This document shows, in pieces, positions 1 to 9,661 of a DNA stretch of 64,000 nucleotides. This DNA comes from a virus (Duplodnaviria; Caudoviricetes): the IMG/VR virus record IMGVR_UViG_3300010429_000387, positions 192,001 to 256,000 of that record. One strand, 5' to 3'. Numbering within the stretch: position 1 is the first letter of the stretch; each line of letters opens with the position of its first letter. Both the position numbers and the translations under genes were made by a program. Under the pieces are notes generated by a model. It made no database searches, was not told where the DNA came from, and saw nothing but the letters and a program-made list of their open reading frames with translations.

Positions 1-1
1 C

Positions 2-895
2 CTCAAAGGCCAGGGGCCTGCAAAGGTTGCTGAGTCCACTGACGCAGCCAAGGCCAAGGCGGCCAAGGAGAAGGCTGCTGCTGAAGAGGCTGCCAAGGCC
101 AAGGCCAAGGGAGGGGCTGAAGCCAAGCCAGCCGCTCCGGGAGCCCCAGCCCCACCTTCCCCAACAGGTCAGGCAGCCGCTACTGCCAAGGCCGCCGATC
201 CTGGAAACGCTGGGGCAGTCACGACTTCTACCGCTGCCCCAGCCGCTACCCCAGCCACCTCGACCCCAGGGTCCAACTTCAGCCCGACCCTGGCCCCGAT
301 GAGCAACGTCAACGGGCCGATGATGTCTTCTACCCCTGACAAGGGGACCCAAGAAGTCGTCAGCATGATTGACATCACGGGGAGGGACACCGTCAGGAAT
401 CTCCAGGACCTCTGGGACCTGATGAAGCAGAAGGGTATCAGGCTCAACCCCCAGCGGTTCAAGGAGGACACCAACATCGAGAAGAGTGTCCTTGACGCTG
501 TTCGAGTCGCCCTTTTCGAGTTCGCTGTCTATACCGCTGAGGACCCAAACAAGGTCCTTGAGAAGATGGAGAACTCAGGGCTTGATGCCGGGAAGCAGGC
601 GGAGGCTTTCAAGGCGGCAAAGGGGTACAAGCCTGGGTTCCTGAATGATAACGCTGAAGGTGGTGTGGTTACCAGTGTTGGTGGGGGCCTAGCCACAATC
701 AATCCAGCTCCAGGTGAGGGTCTGGCCTCCATTGGGAAGGGGGAGAGGATCATTCCTGCCGGTGGGGGGCAGGGAGGGGCAGGCAACATCACGGTCAATG
801 TGAATGGGATCGGAGGGGCCGACCTCGCCAATCTCATCAAGGCCAAGGTGGCTGAGGGTGTCTACGAGTACAAGCGTCGGGAGAAGTTTCACTGA
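2..895 (+). CDS. Tail tape-measure-like protein, C-terminal fragment (5' truncated by window edge)
   Basis: The frame of ORF 299..895 is open back to base 2 (LKGQGPAKVAESTDAAKAKAAKEK...). An Ala/Lys/Pro-rich linker is followed by NAEGGVV...GKGERIIP...NITVNVNG, typical of tape-measure C-termini. It lies directly upstream of baseplate genes, with a TGATG overlap to the next gene. Confidence 0.7.
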   Translation, partial: LKGQGPAKVAESTDAAKAKAAKEKAAAEEAAKAKAKGGAEAKPAAPGAPAPPSPTGQAAATAKAADPGNAGAVTTSTAAPAATPATSTPGSNFSPTLAPMSNVNGPMMSSTPDKGTQEVVSMIDITGRDTVRNLQDLWDLMKQKGIRLNPQRFKEDTNIEKSVLDAVRVALFEFAVYTAEDPNKVLEKMENSGLDAGKQAEAFKAAKGYKPGFLNDNAEGGVVTSVGGGLATINPAPGEGLASIGKGERIIPAGGGQGGAGNITVNVNGIGGADLANLIKAKVAEGVYEYKRREKFH

Positions 896-1764
896 TGGGC
901 TACATTCGATCCGCCAATCCGTCGAACTTCGCTCCCACCACGGATGGGAAGGCAGTCTACATCCATGGTGCGGACACCAGGAAGCACTATGTCCCACTCG
1001 CCTTCCAGGTTACCAGCCCCTATGACCACCAGAAGGTCCTACTCCCTCATGCCCTGGTTGCCCACGTCAACCCGATGAGCTTTGCTGAGACCTTCACCAA
1101 GAAGGTCGAGCGGATTCAGACCAGGGGAGGGTTCGTCGAACAGCACTGGGGTGATGAGCTGACTGAAATCTCGGTGGACCAGTCTACTGGAGCCTTCGTG
1201 AACCTGTATACAGGGCTCTCCTCGGTTCTCAGGCAGAGGACCATTGCCTGGGACAGGTACCGGGACCTCTATGACCTCTATCGAAACAACGGCTCGGTCT
1301 ACGACCCTTTTGGGAACATCGTTCTCCAGGGGTGGATCATGCTCATGTTCGACCGGGGGACCTACATTGGGACTTTTCGCAACTTCTCGGTGGAGGAGAC
1401 TGACGATAGTCCCTTCGCCTTCAAGATTTCGTGGACCTTCAAGGTGGAGCACACCATCCAGAAGATCCCCTACACCGATGAGTTCTCCAGAGGGGCTCCG
1501 ACATTCCAGAGCATGAACGGGAAGAAGGTCGAGGTCACCAACCAAGGGGAGACCAACGCCCAATACTACAATCGGCTTGAGGAGGAAAAAGCTGCCGAGG
1601 AGAAAAAGGCGAGTGAGGCTCGGGCAGAGGTTCTTCGACAGACTGCTGTAGCCGGGTACAACGCAGTTGTGTCTGGGTACAACTCCGTCATGGACTTCTT
1701 GGGCGGACTACCCTCAGCCCCCTCGAACCCGGATGCCCCCAAGCTCCCAACCACCAAGGAATAG
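895..1764 (+). CDS. Tail tube initiator / baseplate tube-like protein
   Basis: Motifs VNPxSF...QTRGGFVEQHWGDELTEISV and YIGTFRNFSVEETDDSPFAFKISWTFKV resemble tube-fold baseplate proteins. It sits right after the tape measure gene. Confidence 0.6.
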   Translation: MGYIRSANPSNFAPTTDGKAVYIHGADTRKHYVPLAFQVTSPYDHQKVLLPHALVAHVNPMSFAETFTKKVERIQTRGGFVEQHWGDELTEISVDQSTGAFVNLYTGLSSVLRQRTIAWDRYRDLYDLYRNNGSVYDPFGNIVLQGWIMLMFDRGTYIGTFRNFSVEETDDSPFAFKISWTFKVEHTIQKIPYTDEFSRGAPTFQSMNGKKVEVTNQGETNAQYYNRLEEEKAAEEKKASEARAEVLRQTAVAGYNAVVSGYNSVMDFLGGLPSAPSNPDAPKLPTTKE

Positions 1765-1774
1765 AGTCTAGGAG

Positions 1775-4015
1775 ATGGCGACCAAGAACATCACAGACCC
1801 TACTGGGAACGAGCCTCTGAACTATCAGAGTGGTTGGGGATCTCCACAGGACCCCACTACTTTCGAGGGGATGGTGTTCCCCCCGGTGACGAGTGGGCAG
1901 GCTTCATCGCATCCTCTCCCTCCAGGTGTTCGGCGTGGCGAACGGGTCATCACGGACATCGAGAACAAGGCTGACTACTACTCTCCGGAACTCTACCGGA
2001 AACTACTCACCTTCTTCTCCAGCTCTCAGTTTGAGCAAGACTCTAACACCGACTTCATTCCAATCTCCCAAACGAAGGCCAACCCAAAGCTCTTCGTGGT
2101 TGGGCTCATCCCACCTTCAGCCACCGTCACAGGGAGGCTTCTCGACCGGTCGGCTTCGATTGCAAACGCCACTGGTTGGCCTGACCAGGAGCTAGACTTC
2201 TCTGGGGCCAAGGCTGGTGCTCCTGGGGGTGCTTCTGGTGGGGGTAGTAAGACAATGCCCATCGTGACGGTCTCCGGCTACACGATTGGGCAGGGGACAG
2301 GAAAGTCCGATGGTGTACCAGGGGGAGGGGGAGGGGCAGGACCCAACGGAGGTCCGCCTATCATGACCCGTCTCTCTATTCCCCAGCTCTGGAATGTCCT
2401 GTCTAACGCCTATCGAAGCATGTACGGGAAGGACGCAACCCCTACTGAGATGCAGTTCTATGTTGCTCAGGCTATGCGTGAGACTGGGGGCAACCTCCCA
2501 AACAACAACTTCGGGTTCGTAGGTAACTACCCGAAACCACCCGAGGGGCGTGAGACTTTCAGGTGGACAAACGGGATGTACTTCAACTCCTATGCCACTA
2601 CAGAGGAGGGGGCAAGAGGCTTCCTAGGTCACTTGCGGAGTCAAAATGTTGGTGATTCAGCTCGTGCTGGGGACGTGATGGGGTATATGACCTCCCTTGC
2701 TCAGGGCGGTTATTATGGGGAGCCCGTAGAGGTCTACTACCATGGGACGGCAGCAAGCCCGAAGAATGGGCTGTTTCCAGCCCTTCTGGGGGATGTTGCT
2801 AGGGGGATGGCCCCTTACGGAGTGCAGCTCGATCCAGGAACTAGCCTTCCAGCCCACTCTCCAGATGCTTGCGCCTTCAGGGAAAGCGTCTTTGCCTACC
2901 GAGATCGGACTGCCCCAGGGTGGAACAAGGGGGGTAAGGGTGGTGGCCTGAAGCCGGACAACCTGTTCAGGTTCATGCCTGGGTCGGACTACAGTGGCAA
3001 CTGCACTATGGATGCCAAGACGGCTGGGGAGCCCCCAAGTACCAACGGGGCTTGGGCCGGGTCTGGGAGCAAGGATGCTGCTGCGGCTAAGGCTGCGGAT
3101 GTCAAGAAGACAGACACAGACCTGAACACCTCGGACATTGGGAAGAGGTTCCAGGCTGCTCAGGCGGCTGAGGCTTTCCAGACAGCTATGCTCATCAACA
3201 AGATGAGAGACACCCCACCTCTTCGACTCCTGGTCAACCCCAAGAGCTTCAAGATCAGCTCGGAAAAGATATGCAACGATGGGAACTGGACCCGGAATGG
3301 GCACATCATCGAGCATTGGGGGGACCAGCAGGACAAGCTCGATGCCTCAGGGACTCTGGCAGCCTTCTTTGCCATTGACGCCAACAGCCAGACCCCCGAC
3401 TCGGATGGGTCCAGTCCAGGTCTCACACGGGTCGCTAGGCAATACTCGGAGAGCTTCCAGAACTTCCTGTCCTTGTACCTGCTCTACAAGAATAACGGAT
3501 ACCTGTTCACCTCAGGTTTGGAACAGCAGAACAGCAAGAGCAGCTTCTTCACCCGACTGTCCCTGGTAGGGTCGATCTACATCTACTACGACTCGACTCT
3601 GTACATCGGGTCGTTCGACAACTTCAACATCACTGAGACTGACGACAAGCCCTACACCCTGGAGTACAACTTCCAGTTCACGGTTCGGGCAACGTTCCTC
3701 CTCGACCGCCCAGATGAGTACGACTACGGGAACAAGGACCTGTTCAAGGGGTCCCCAGCCCTCTCAGGAGAGGATGCTCTCTTCCAAAAGGATGAGGAGG
3801 ACAGCCACACCATTGTGGAGGTCCCGCCTGATGCCCCCCAGACAATCGAAGAGCAGTGGGCTCGTGAGGCGGATGAGAAGGCAAGACAAGAGGCGTTCTT
3901 CGCCAGTCTCCCACCTTCTGGAGACACTACCATCGACCCAGCCGTAGCAGCGGCAACTGGTGGTGGGCAAGCGGTTCCTAAGCCAACTCAGGCCCAGAAG
4001 AAGGGGAAGAAGTAG
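1775..4015 (+). CDS. Tube-initiator-like protein fused to a GH73/FlgJ-like peptidoglycan hydrolase domain
   Basis: Central AQAMRETG...NNNFGF...FNSYATTEEGARGFLGHL...GGYY is a glucosaminidase/muramidase-like pattern. C-terminal LLVNPKSF...TRNGHIIEHWGDQQD...YIGSFDNFNITETDDKPYTLEYNFQFTV is paralogous to 895..1764. SD GGAG precedes the ATG. Confidence 0.6.
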   Translation: MATKNITDPTGNEPLNYQSGWGSPQDPTTFEGMVFPPVTSGQASSHPLPPGVRRGERVITDIENKADYYSPELYRKLLTFFSSSQFEQDSNTDFIPISQTKANPKLFVVGLIPPSATVTGRLLDRSASIANATGWPDQELDFSGAKAGAPGGASGGGSKTMPIVTVSGYTIGQGTGKSDGVPGGGGGAGPNGGPPIMTRLSIPQLWNVLSNAYRSMYGKDATPTEMQFYVAQAMRETGGNLPNNNFGFVGNYPKPPEGRETFRWTNGMYFNSYATTEEGARGFLGHLRSQNVGDSARAGDVMGYMTSLAQGGYYGEPVEVYYHGTAASPKNGLFPALLGDVARGMAPYGVQLDPGTSLPAHSPDACAFRESVFAYRDRTAPGWNKGGKGGGLKPDNLFRFMPGSDYSGNCTMDAKTAGEPPSTNGAWAGSGSKDAAAAKAADVKKTDTDLNTSDIGKRFQAAQAAEAFQTAMLINKMRDTPPLRLLVNPKSFKISSEKICNDGNWTRNGHIIEHWGDQQDKLDASGTLAAFFAIDANSQTPDSDGSSPGLTRVARQYSESFQNFLSLYLLYKNNGYLFTSGLEQQNSKSSFFTRLSLVGSIYIYYDSTLYIGSFDNFNITETDDKPYTLEYNFQFTVRATFLLDRPDEYDYGNKDLFKGSPALSGEDALFQKDEEDSHTIVEVPPDAPQTIEEQWAREADEKARQEAFFASLPPSGDTTIDPAVAAATGGGQAVPKPTQAQKKGKK

Positions 4016-4017
4016 TC

Positions 4018-7000
4018 ATGGCACGAGGACCCTTTCAAGGAACCTACACCCCTAACGCCAGGCCAACCGTGGTCATGGCCCCTGATTCCATTGTCTACAT
4101 CAACGGGGAGACGGATATCATCGGGTGTGCCACCTGCAAGCGTCGGTTCGACTTTGGCAAGTACATCACCCAGATCCAGACCAGCCTCGACATAGACAGC
4201 GTCCCTGGGTCCGCCACCATCAACCTGAGTGTCCCACGCCATGTCGTGGACGACTTCTACATGGACGGGGTTCCGGTCATCTCACCCATGATGGAAGTGG
4301 AGATTTTCTCCAAGGGATTCTACCTACTTGAGGGGATCCCCCAGTATTACCCTACTTTCTGGGGGCTCATCACAGAAGTGTCCGACTCCTACTCCAATGG
4401 AGAGCACACAGTCACACTCAGTTGTGCCGATATCTTGAAGTGGTGGGAGATTTGCCGGATGAACGTGAACCCTGCGTTCACGGCTCCCACACCGTCCCTT
4501 GGAAGGTCGATCTTCGGGAACGTCCTCTTCGGGACCAACCCCTACGACCTCATCTTCACCTTGGCTCAGATGAGCTTCGGGGACGTGATCCTGGGGACTG
4601 GGTCGCTCGTGAGCCTCTACAAGGAGGCTGGGCAGAAGGCCACCTTCAACGCTGCCCTTGGGGACATCATGTCCTACTGGTCCCAGCGCTTCTCTCGGAT
4701 TCGCTCGAACCTCCTCCTGTATGGGGTCAATGGAATCGCCATTCGAGGGGACTCGGTTGCCCACAGCTACGAGCAGTCAAAGTTCACCCCAACCAAGGGT
4801 CTGACCCCGGTAGCCAACGCCGTCCGGAATGCCAACGGGGGTCCCCTGGCAGCCCAGCTTGCCTTCGACCCCACTGACCCGGACGTGACTGCCTTTCGGA
4901 CCCAGTTCTCTCAGGCTGGTGAGGTCAACTTTTGGCAGTCTGAGTACCAGACCAAGCTCGAAATCGCCAATGCCTGCAAGGAGGCTATCGGGTTCGAGTT
5001 CTACATGGATGTGACTGGGGACATTGTCTTCAAGCCCCCCTTCTACAACCTGGATATCCTCTCAAACAAGCCAGTTTCGTGGATTCAGGACATCGACATC
5101 ATCGACTGGGACTTCTCTGAGTCCGAGGCGGAGGTGGTCACCCAGCTCACCATCCAGGGGTCCTACGGCGGGAACGTAGACTACGGGTTCGGGCCAGAGA
5201 TCACTCCGTTTACGAGCGTAACTGACTACCACTTGCTTCGGCAGTATGGCTGGCGCCCTCATACCTTCAACTCGGAGTTCATGGGGGACCTGACCCGGAT
5301 GTTCTACCACGGGATGGACATCCTCGACCGCCTGAACTCCAGGCGGCACCAGGGGACGGTTACCATTCCGTTCCGACCTGAGCTTCGCCTTGGCTTCCCC
5401 GTCTACATCGCACCCAAGGATCAGGTCTGGTACATCAAGGGGATCTCCCACAGTATTGCCTTTGGTGGAAGGGCCACAACCTCCCTGACTCTGACTGCAA
5501 GACGGCAGAAGTTCGTTGCCATCCAAGGAATCTCGACCCTCAAGACCAAGGGGGACGCCTCTGAAGCCTACTATGAGAAGGCTTTGGCGGAGTTCAACAG
5601 GCTTGCCCCGGAGAAGAAGAAGGGAAAGTCACCCCCGAAGAAGCCAACCCCCAGTGGCAAGATCCAGGGTCCTCCCACCATTCGTCAACTTCGAGACCGG
5701 GCGTTTGCCTTGGAGATGGGGGACGCTGCCACGATCCCACCCATCGGGATGAACCCCGATGACCCGAAGACTTCGGAACCCTACAAGCCACTGCTCCTTC
5801 GCCACCCCAAGACTGGGAAGGTGGTGGGCTACCCCAATGTCGTGATGGTCTACACGAGGCCCTATGACGGGAAGAAGGGGTATGAGGCCATCGCAGGTGA
5901 GAAGAAGGCTGGGTCAAACAAGCAAGCACCAAAGGCCACAAAGGCCCAAACCGAGCAGCGGCAGAAGGCTGCTAGGGAAGAGGCCAAGAAAGCCTCAGCC
6001 TTCGGGAGGACCGAAGAGCTTCAGGGCAAATACTCGCACAACCGATACTCCTATGGCCTGAATTCTGCTGGGGTCTATGTCTATGCTCACGATGTAGACA
6101 AGTCGGTCACCCAGTTTGCCTTGATTCCTTCCAAGAACATCGTTGTGTCTGGGGGTGATAGCCCATTCACGGAGGAGGGCATCAAGCTAGAGACTCCCAC
6201 CTCGATGGTCAGGCCAGTCTCAGATGAGCGTGGGTTCGAGGTCATCGGTCACTTCCGGTACGGGCGTGGGGTGTCTCTTCGAGACGGGTCCTTGGTCTAC
6301 AACGAGGGTCAGAACAACCAGCAAACCGAGATTGGTGCCCAGCTAGCCTTGGGTGGGGACCTCTTTGCTACCCTCACTGCTCAGAGTCAGGGCCTCACCT
6401 CGGTCATCACGGCTTACCCGAATCCTGCTGATGCCGTGGCAAGGCTCATGCCTGAGGACCTTCAGTCCGCTGGCACTTGGACCATGGAGAACGGGGTTCG
6501 GAAGTTCGAGTTTGCGAACACAGGAACCAACTTCGTTGACTCAGCACCCCTTGGATCTGCTGAGGCCAAGGGGGTACCCCCGAGTGTCGAAGCGGGGCAG
6601 CTATCCAGGGCTTTGACCCTTGCTGAGATGACCGTTCGTTCAGAACTGGTTCCAGGTGACCCTGACTGCCCGTGTCAAACGGGGCGGGCGGATCTGACCT
6701 TCATCAATGTGGGCTACCAGGTCAAGACGATCAACCCTTCTTCCCCTGTCCTAGGTGACTCCCTCTATGGGAACAGGAATGCGGGTGGAAATGAGTTCCA
6801 GGCAGATGGTGCTGGTAGTGGTGGGGCAGCAGCAGATGGGAGCATCAACTTTGACTACCACTCAATCTCTGCTGAGGATTCTGCCGGGTCACAGTCCTAC
6901 TATGAGGCTCCTGTCAAACCCCCAACCCTGAAGGCGAGTGAGGCTATCGAGAGGGTCGAGAAGTACCTCATGACGCTCTACCAAGCCCTCGACACGCCTC

Positions 7001-7467
7001 ACCAAGACTTCGAGAAGTCTCTTCGAGGGGACCCCTCTGGGTTTGAGCTTCAGGGGGAGATTTCGGGGGAACGTCAGGTCCCCGATTTGTTCACCGGAGC
7101 TGAGGGTGATCCGGAGCAGGGGAACTTCTCTCCGCCCTTCAGCTCACCCAACCGATCCAACCTTGGTGACCCTGTTGCAACGGCTCAACAGGCCAGCTCT
7201 GCCATGGGGGACCTGAAGCAATCCTTCTCGGACTTCGGTGACAACCTGAAGAAGAACACGAAGAAGGCCCAACTCAAGTCCGAGATCAACGCTTTGACTG
7301 CCAAGATCGACCGCTTGAAGAAGCGTCAGGCCATGGCGATTGCCTCTTCTGGGTCTGGTTCTGTCACGATCCTGGGGAAGGACGACCCCGAGGAGCTTCA
7401 GAAGCAGATTGATGCAGCCGAACAGGACCGAGCCAACAAGGAGGCCGAGCTTGCCTTGCTCGGGTAA
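4018..7467 (+). CDS. Baseplate hub protein (T4 gp27/Mu gp44-like) with long C-terminal extension
   Basis: ITQIQTSLDIDSVPGSATINL, EFYMDVTGDIVFKPPFYN and GTVTIPFRPELRLGFPV...YIKGISHSIAFGGRATTSLTLT are hub-type motifs. It lies immediately before the spike. Confidence 0.75.
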   Translation: MARGPFQGTYTPNARPTVVMAPDSIVYINGETDIIGCATCKRRFDFGKYITQIQTSLDIDSVPGSATINLSVPRHVVDDFYMDGVPVISPMMEVEIFSKGFYLLEGIPQYYPTFWGLITEVSDSYSNGEHTVTLSCADILKWWEICRMNVNPAFTAPTPSLGRSIFGNVLFGTNPYDLIFTLAQMSFGDVILGTGSLVSLYKEAGQKATFNAALGDIMSYWSQRFSRIRSNLLLYGVNGIAIRGDSVAHSYEQSKFTPTKGLTPVANAVRNANGGPLAAQLAFDPTDPDVTAFRTQFSQAGEVNFWQSEYQTKLEIANACKEAIGFEFYMDVTGDIVFKPPFYNLDILSNKPVSWIQDIDIIDWDFSESEAEVVTQLTIQGSYGGNVDYGFGPEITPFTSVTDYHLLRQYGWRPHTFNSEFMGDLTRMFYHGMDILDRLNSRRHQGTVTIPFRPELRLGFPVYIAPKDQVWYIKGISHSIAFGGRATTSLTLTARRQKFVAIQGISTLKTKGDASEAYYEKALAEFNRLAPEKKKGKSPPKKPTPSGKIQGPPTIRQLRDRAFALEMGDAATIPPIGMNPDDPKTSEPYKPLLLRHPKTGKVVGYPNVVMVYTRPYDGKKGYEAIAGEKKAGSNKQAPKATKAQTEQRQKAAREEAKKASAFGRTEELQGKYSHNRYSYGLNSAGVYVYAHDVDKSVTQFALIPSKNIVVSGGDSPFTEEGIKLETPTSMVRPVSDERGFEVIGHFRYGRGVSLRDGSLVYNEGQNNQQTEIGAQLALGGDLFATLTAQSQGLTSVITAYPNPADAVARLMPEDLQSAGTWTMENGVRKFEFANTGTNFVDSAPLGSAEAKGVPPSVEAGQLSRALTLAEMTVRSELVPGDPDCPCQTGRADLTFINVGYQVKTINPSSPVLGDSLYGNRNAGGNEFQADGAGSGGAAADGSINFDYHSISAEDSAGSQSYYEAPVKPPTLKASEAIERVEKYLMTLYQALDTPHQDFEKSLRGDPSGFELQGEISGERQVPDLFTGAEGDPEQGNFSPPFSSPNRSNLGDPVATAQQASSAMGDLKQSFSDFGDNLKKNTKKAQLKSEINALTAKIDRLKKRQAMAIASSGSGSVTILGKDDPEELQKQIDAAEQDRANKEAELALLG

Positions 7468-7470
7468 ACC

Positions 7471-9660
7471 ATGACGAGAAAGGTGGACTACGGAAAGGTC
7501 CCGAACAAGGACTTCGCAAGCTCAGACAAGCCTTTTGAGGGTTTGAGGGTCGGCATCATCACTCGGGTGGACGAGTTCCACATGAAGGCCGACGTGAAGG
7601 TTCTGTCTGGTCAGGACAACCGCTTCGAGCTGGACCTGACCTCCGCTATGGCAGGCCCGAGGAGCTTCCTAGGAGGCATCCCGGAGGTCGGATCGGTCGT
7701 TGTCATAGGCTACCGCAAGCGAAGCAAGCAAATCTACGAGGCGGTCATCCTTGGGTACGTGCCGGTCGGGAACTCCCTTGGGCTCAAGTTCGACACCTTT
7801 GCGGCTGTACCCCCTAGCGAAGTCTCTCCCGAGGATGCTGAGGATGCCCAGAAGCTCCTCGGTCGTCCTATCCGGTACAAGCGCATCAAGGGTCGCCAGG
7901 GGGACATCTTCGGAATGTCCTCTTCTGGTGCAGAGATGCACCTCTCGAAGGATGTTCGGTTCACCAACCGGGCGGGGGATCTCTTCGAGCTTCGGGACGT
8001 AGACCGAACCTTTGTCAGTCAGGCCCTTCATAGGGTAGAATCCGATGCAGCGGCTTACCTGTACTCGGGACCGATCCGTCGTGGGGCCATGAACCTGCCC
8101 CTGGAAATCTTCGTGAAGGACCCCAAGACCGGGGTGATCACGAAGAAGGTCAGGGGTCCGGATGCTAGGTACTTCGGACAGGATGACCTGTCCACCACGG
8201 GGATTGCTCCCTCGGCAACCTTCATCAACCCGGCAACCTACGAGCGGCTGGACCGGATCAACAAGGATGACGAGTTCCCACCGACCACCTACTCCAACGG
8301 GAGGCAGGTGTTCTACCCCTCTGGGAACCAGGCCACCAACTTCGAGGACCCCCTCAATGGTGGATCTCTCCGGGCCTACACCGAGCGCCGGATGGAGATC
8401 CGTCACGAGACGGACATGGAGCAGGAGGTCTTGGAGGAGATCGATGGGTTCCCCATCGACCGACCGAGGGCCTACATCGAGCAGGTCTTCGGGACCCTTG
8501 TCGGAAACGACCCCATCTCGACTCAGGGGCAACGGCAGTACGCCAGGGTCCTGAAGCCCAAGGTCTTCGAGGACTTCGACCAGGCTTCAGCAGCAGGCAA
8601 CGGGCTGACCGTAGAGGAGTGCCTTCGACCCCCGGCAACGGCTGTGGACGAAGCCCTCAACATGGCGGCAGCCTACTACTTCAGGATCTCCCCACCCAGG
8701 GCTTCCTCGAAGAGCACCTTTGCGGTGGCTGTCTCGAAGCAGGGGAAGCTCTTCGCCAACATCCCTGGTTCCTCCAGCGAGAACTATGCAGCCAAGAACG
8801 TTTCGGCTGAGGTCAACATGGAGGGAGCCCTCAAGATGTTCTTGGGCGCCATGCTCCCTGACCGATACTCCCTTCACCTGACCTGCGAAGGAGGGGTCTA
8901 CCTGGACATCGGGGCCAACTCGAACGGGGAGTGCATCACCACCAACTTCCGGGGGTCTATCAAGAACATCTTCCGAGGTAGCGGGAACTCTGTGGATGAT
9001 GTGGCCCACAGCATGGATGTCCAGGGGAACACTGAGACCCATGTAGGCGGGACCGACAATCAGGTGGTCAAGGGCTCGTACCAGAAGACCGTGGATGGCG
9101 GCTACACCGTCAAGGCCAGTACCATTGCTCTCAATGGGCTCAACGGCTTCAGTGGGAACTTTGGGGGCTGGAATACCCTGGTCTCCGGAAAGACCCAGAA
9201 CTACTACGCCATGATCTACCAGGAGACGGTAGCTCTTGGTGGGAAGCTCTGTACGATTCTGGCGGGTGGGCACATCGAGAACATCTTGGCGGGAGCCAAG
9301 ACGACCACGGTTGCAGCGGGAGCTGTGGCAGTCAACTGTCCGGCTGGGGCCTATGCGGTTACGGTTGGGACTGGTGCTATGTCTCTGACCACTGGGGCAG
9401 GGGCCGTGACCATCTCGACTGGGGCAGGGGCCTTGTCCTTGACGGCTGGAGGGGGTGTGATTGCCATCACAGCGGGCCTGGGGATGACCCTCACGGCATC
9501 GACCCTGGTTTCGATAGTCGCCCCTCAGATCCTTCTGGGAGGCCCCCCAGCAGTCCTTGGGGTGGCCCGAGGGCTTCCGATGCACCCACCGGGGAGTCCG
9601 AGCTTGGACTGGATCACTGGACTCCCCATCCAGGGCTCAGCCATGGTGAGGTCCATCTGA
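7471..9660 (+). CDS. Baseplate central spike (gp5/gpV/VgrG-like)
   Basis: N-terminal OB-fold-like segment (GIITRVD...ADVKV...GIPEVGSVVVIGY...AVILGY). C-terminal beta-helix repeats (MDVQGNTETHVGGTDNQVVKGSYQKTVDG, then TGAGA repeats). Confidence 0.8.
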   Translation: MTRKVDYGKVPNKDFASSDKPFEGLRVGIITRVDEFHMKADVKVLSGQDNRFELDLTSAMAGPRSFLGGIPEVGSVVVIGYRKRSKQIYEAVILGYVPVGNSLGLKFDTFAAVPPSEVSPEDAEDAQKLLGRPIRYKRIKGRQGDIFGMSSSGAEMHLSKDVRFTNRAGDLFELRDVDRTFVSQALHRVESDAAAYLYSGPIRRGAMNLPLEIFVKDPKTGVITKKVRGPDARYFGQDDLSTTGIAPSATFINPATYERLDRINKDDEFPPTTYSNGRQVFYPSGNQATNFEDPLNGGSLRAYTERRMEIRHETDMEQEVLEEIDGFPIDRPRAYIEQVFGTLVGNDPISTQGQRQYARVLKPKVFEDFDQASAAGNGLTVEECLRPPATAVDEALNMAAAYYFRISPPRASSKSTFAVAVSKQGKLFANIPGSSSENYAAKNVSAEVNMEGALKMFLGAMLPDRYSLHLTCEGGVYLDIGANSNGECITTNFRGSIKNIFRGSGNSVDDVAHSMDVQGNTETHVGGTDNQVVKGSYQKTVDGGYTVKASTIALNGLNGFSGNFGGWNTLVSGKTQNYYAMIYQETVALGGKLCTILAGGHIENILAGAKTTTVAAGAVAVNCPAGAYAVTVGTGAMSLTTGAGAVTISTGAGALSLTAGGGVIAITAGLGMTLTASTLVSIVAPQILLGGPPAVLGVARGLPMHPPGSPSLDWITGLPIQGSAMVRSI
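9391..9432 (+). repeat. 27-bp-period repeat (ACTGGGGCAGGGGCC x2) in spike beta-helix
   Basis: Copies at 9391..9405 and 9418..9432 encode TGAGA. Confidence 0.8.
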
Positions 9661-9661
9661 A

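Noticed and set aside
2-300. GCCAAG-rich repeats at window start
   Set aside because: Low-complexity Ala/Lys coding linker, not an independent repeat element.
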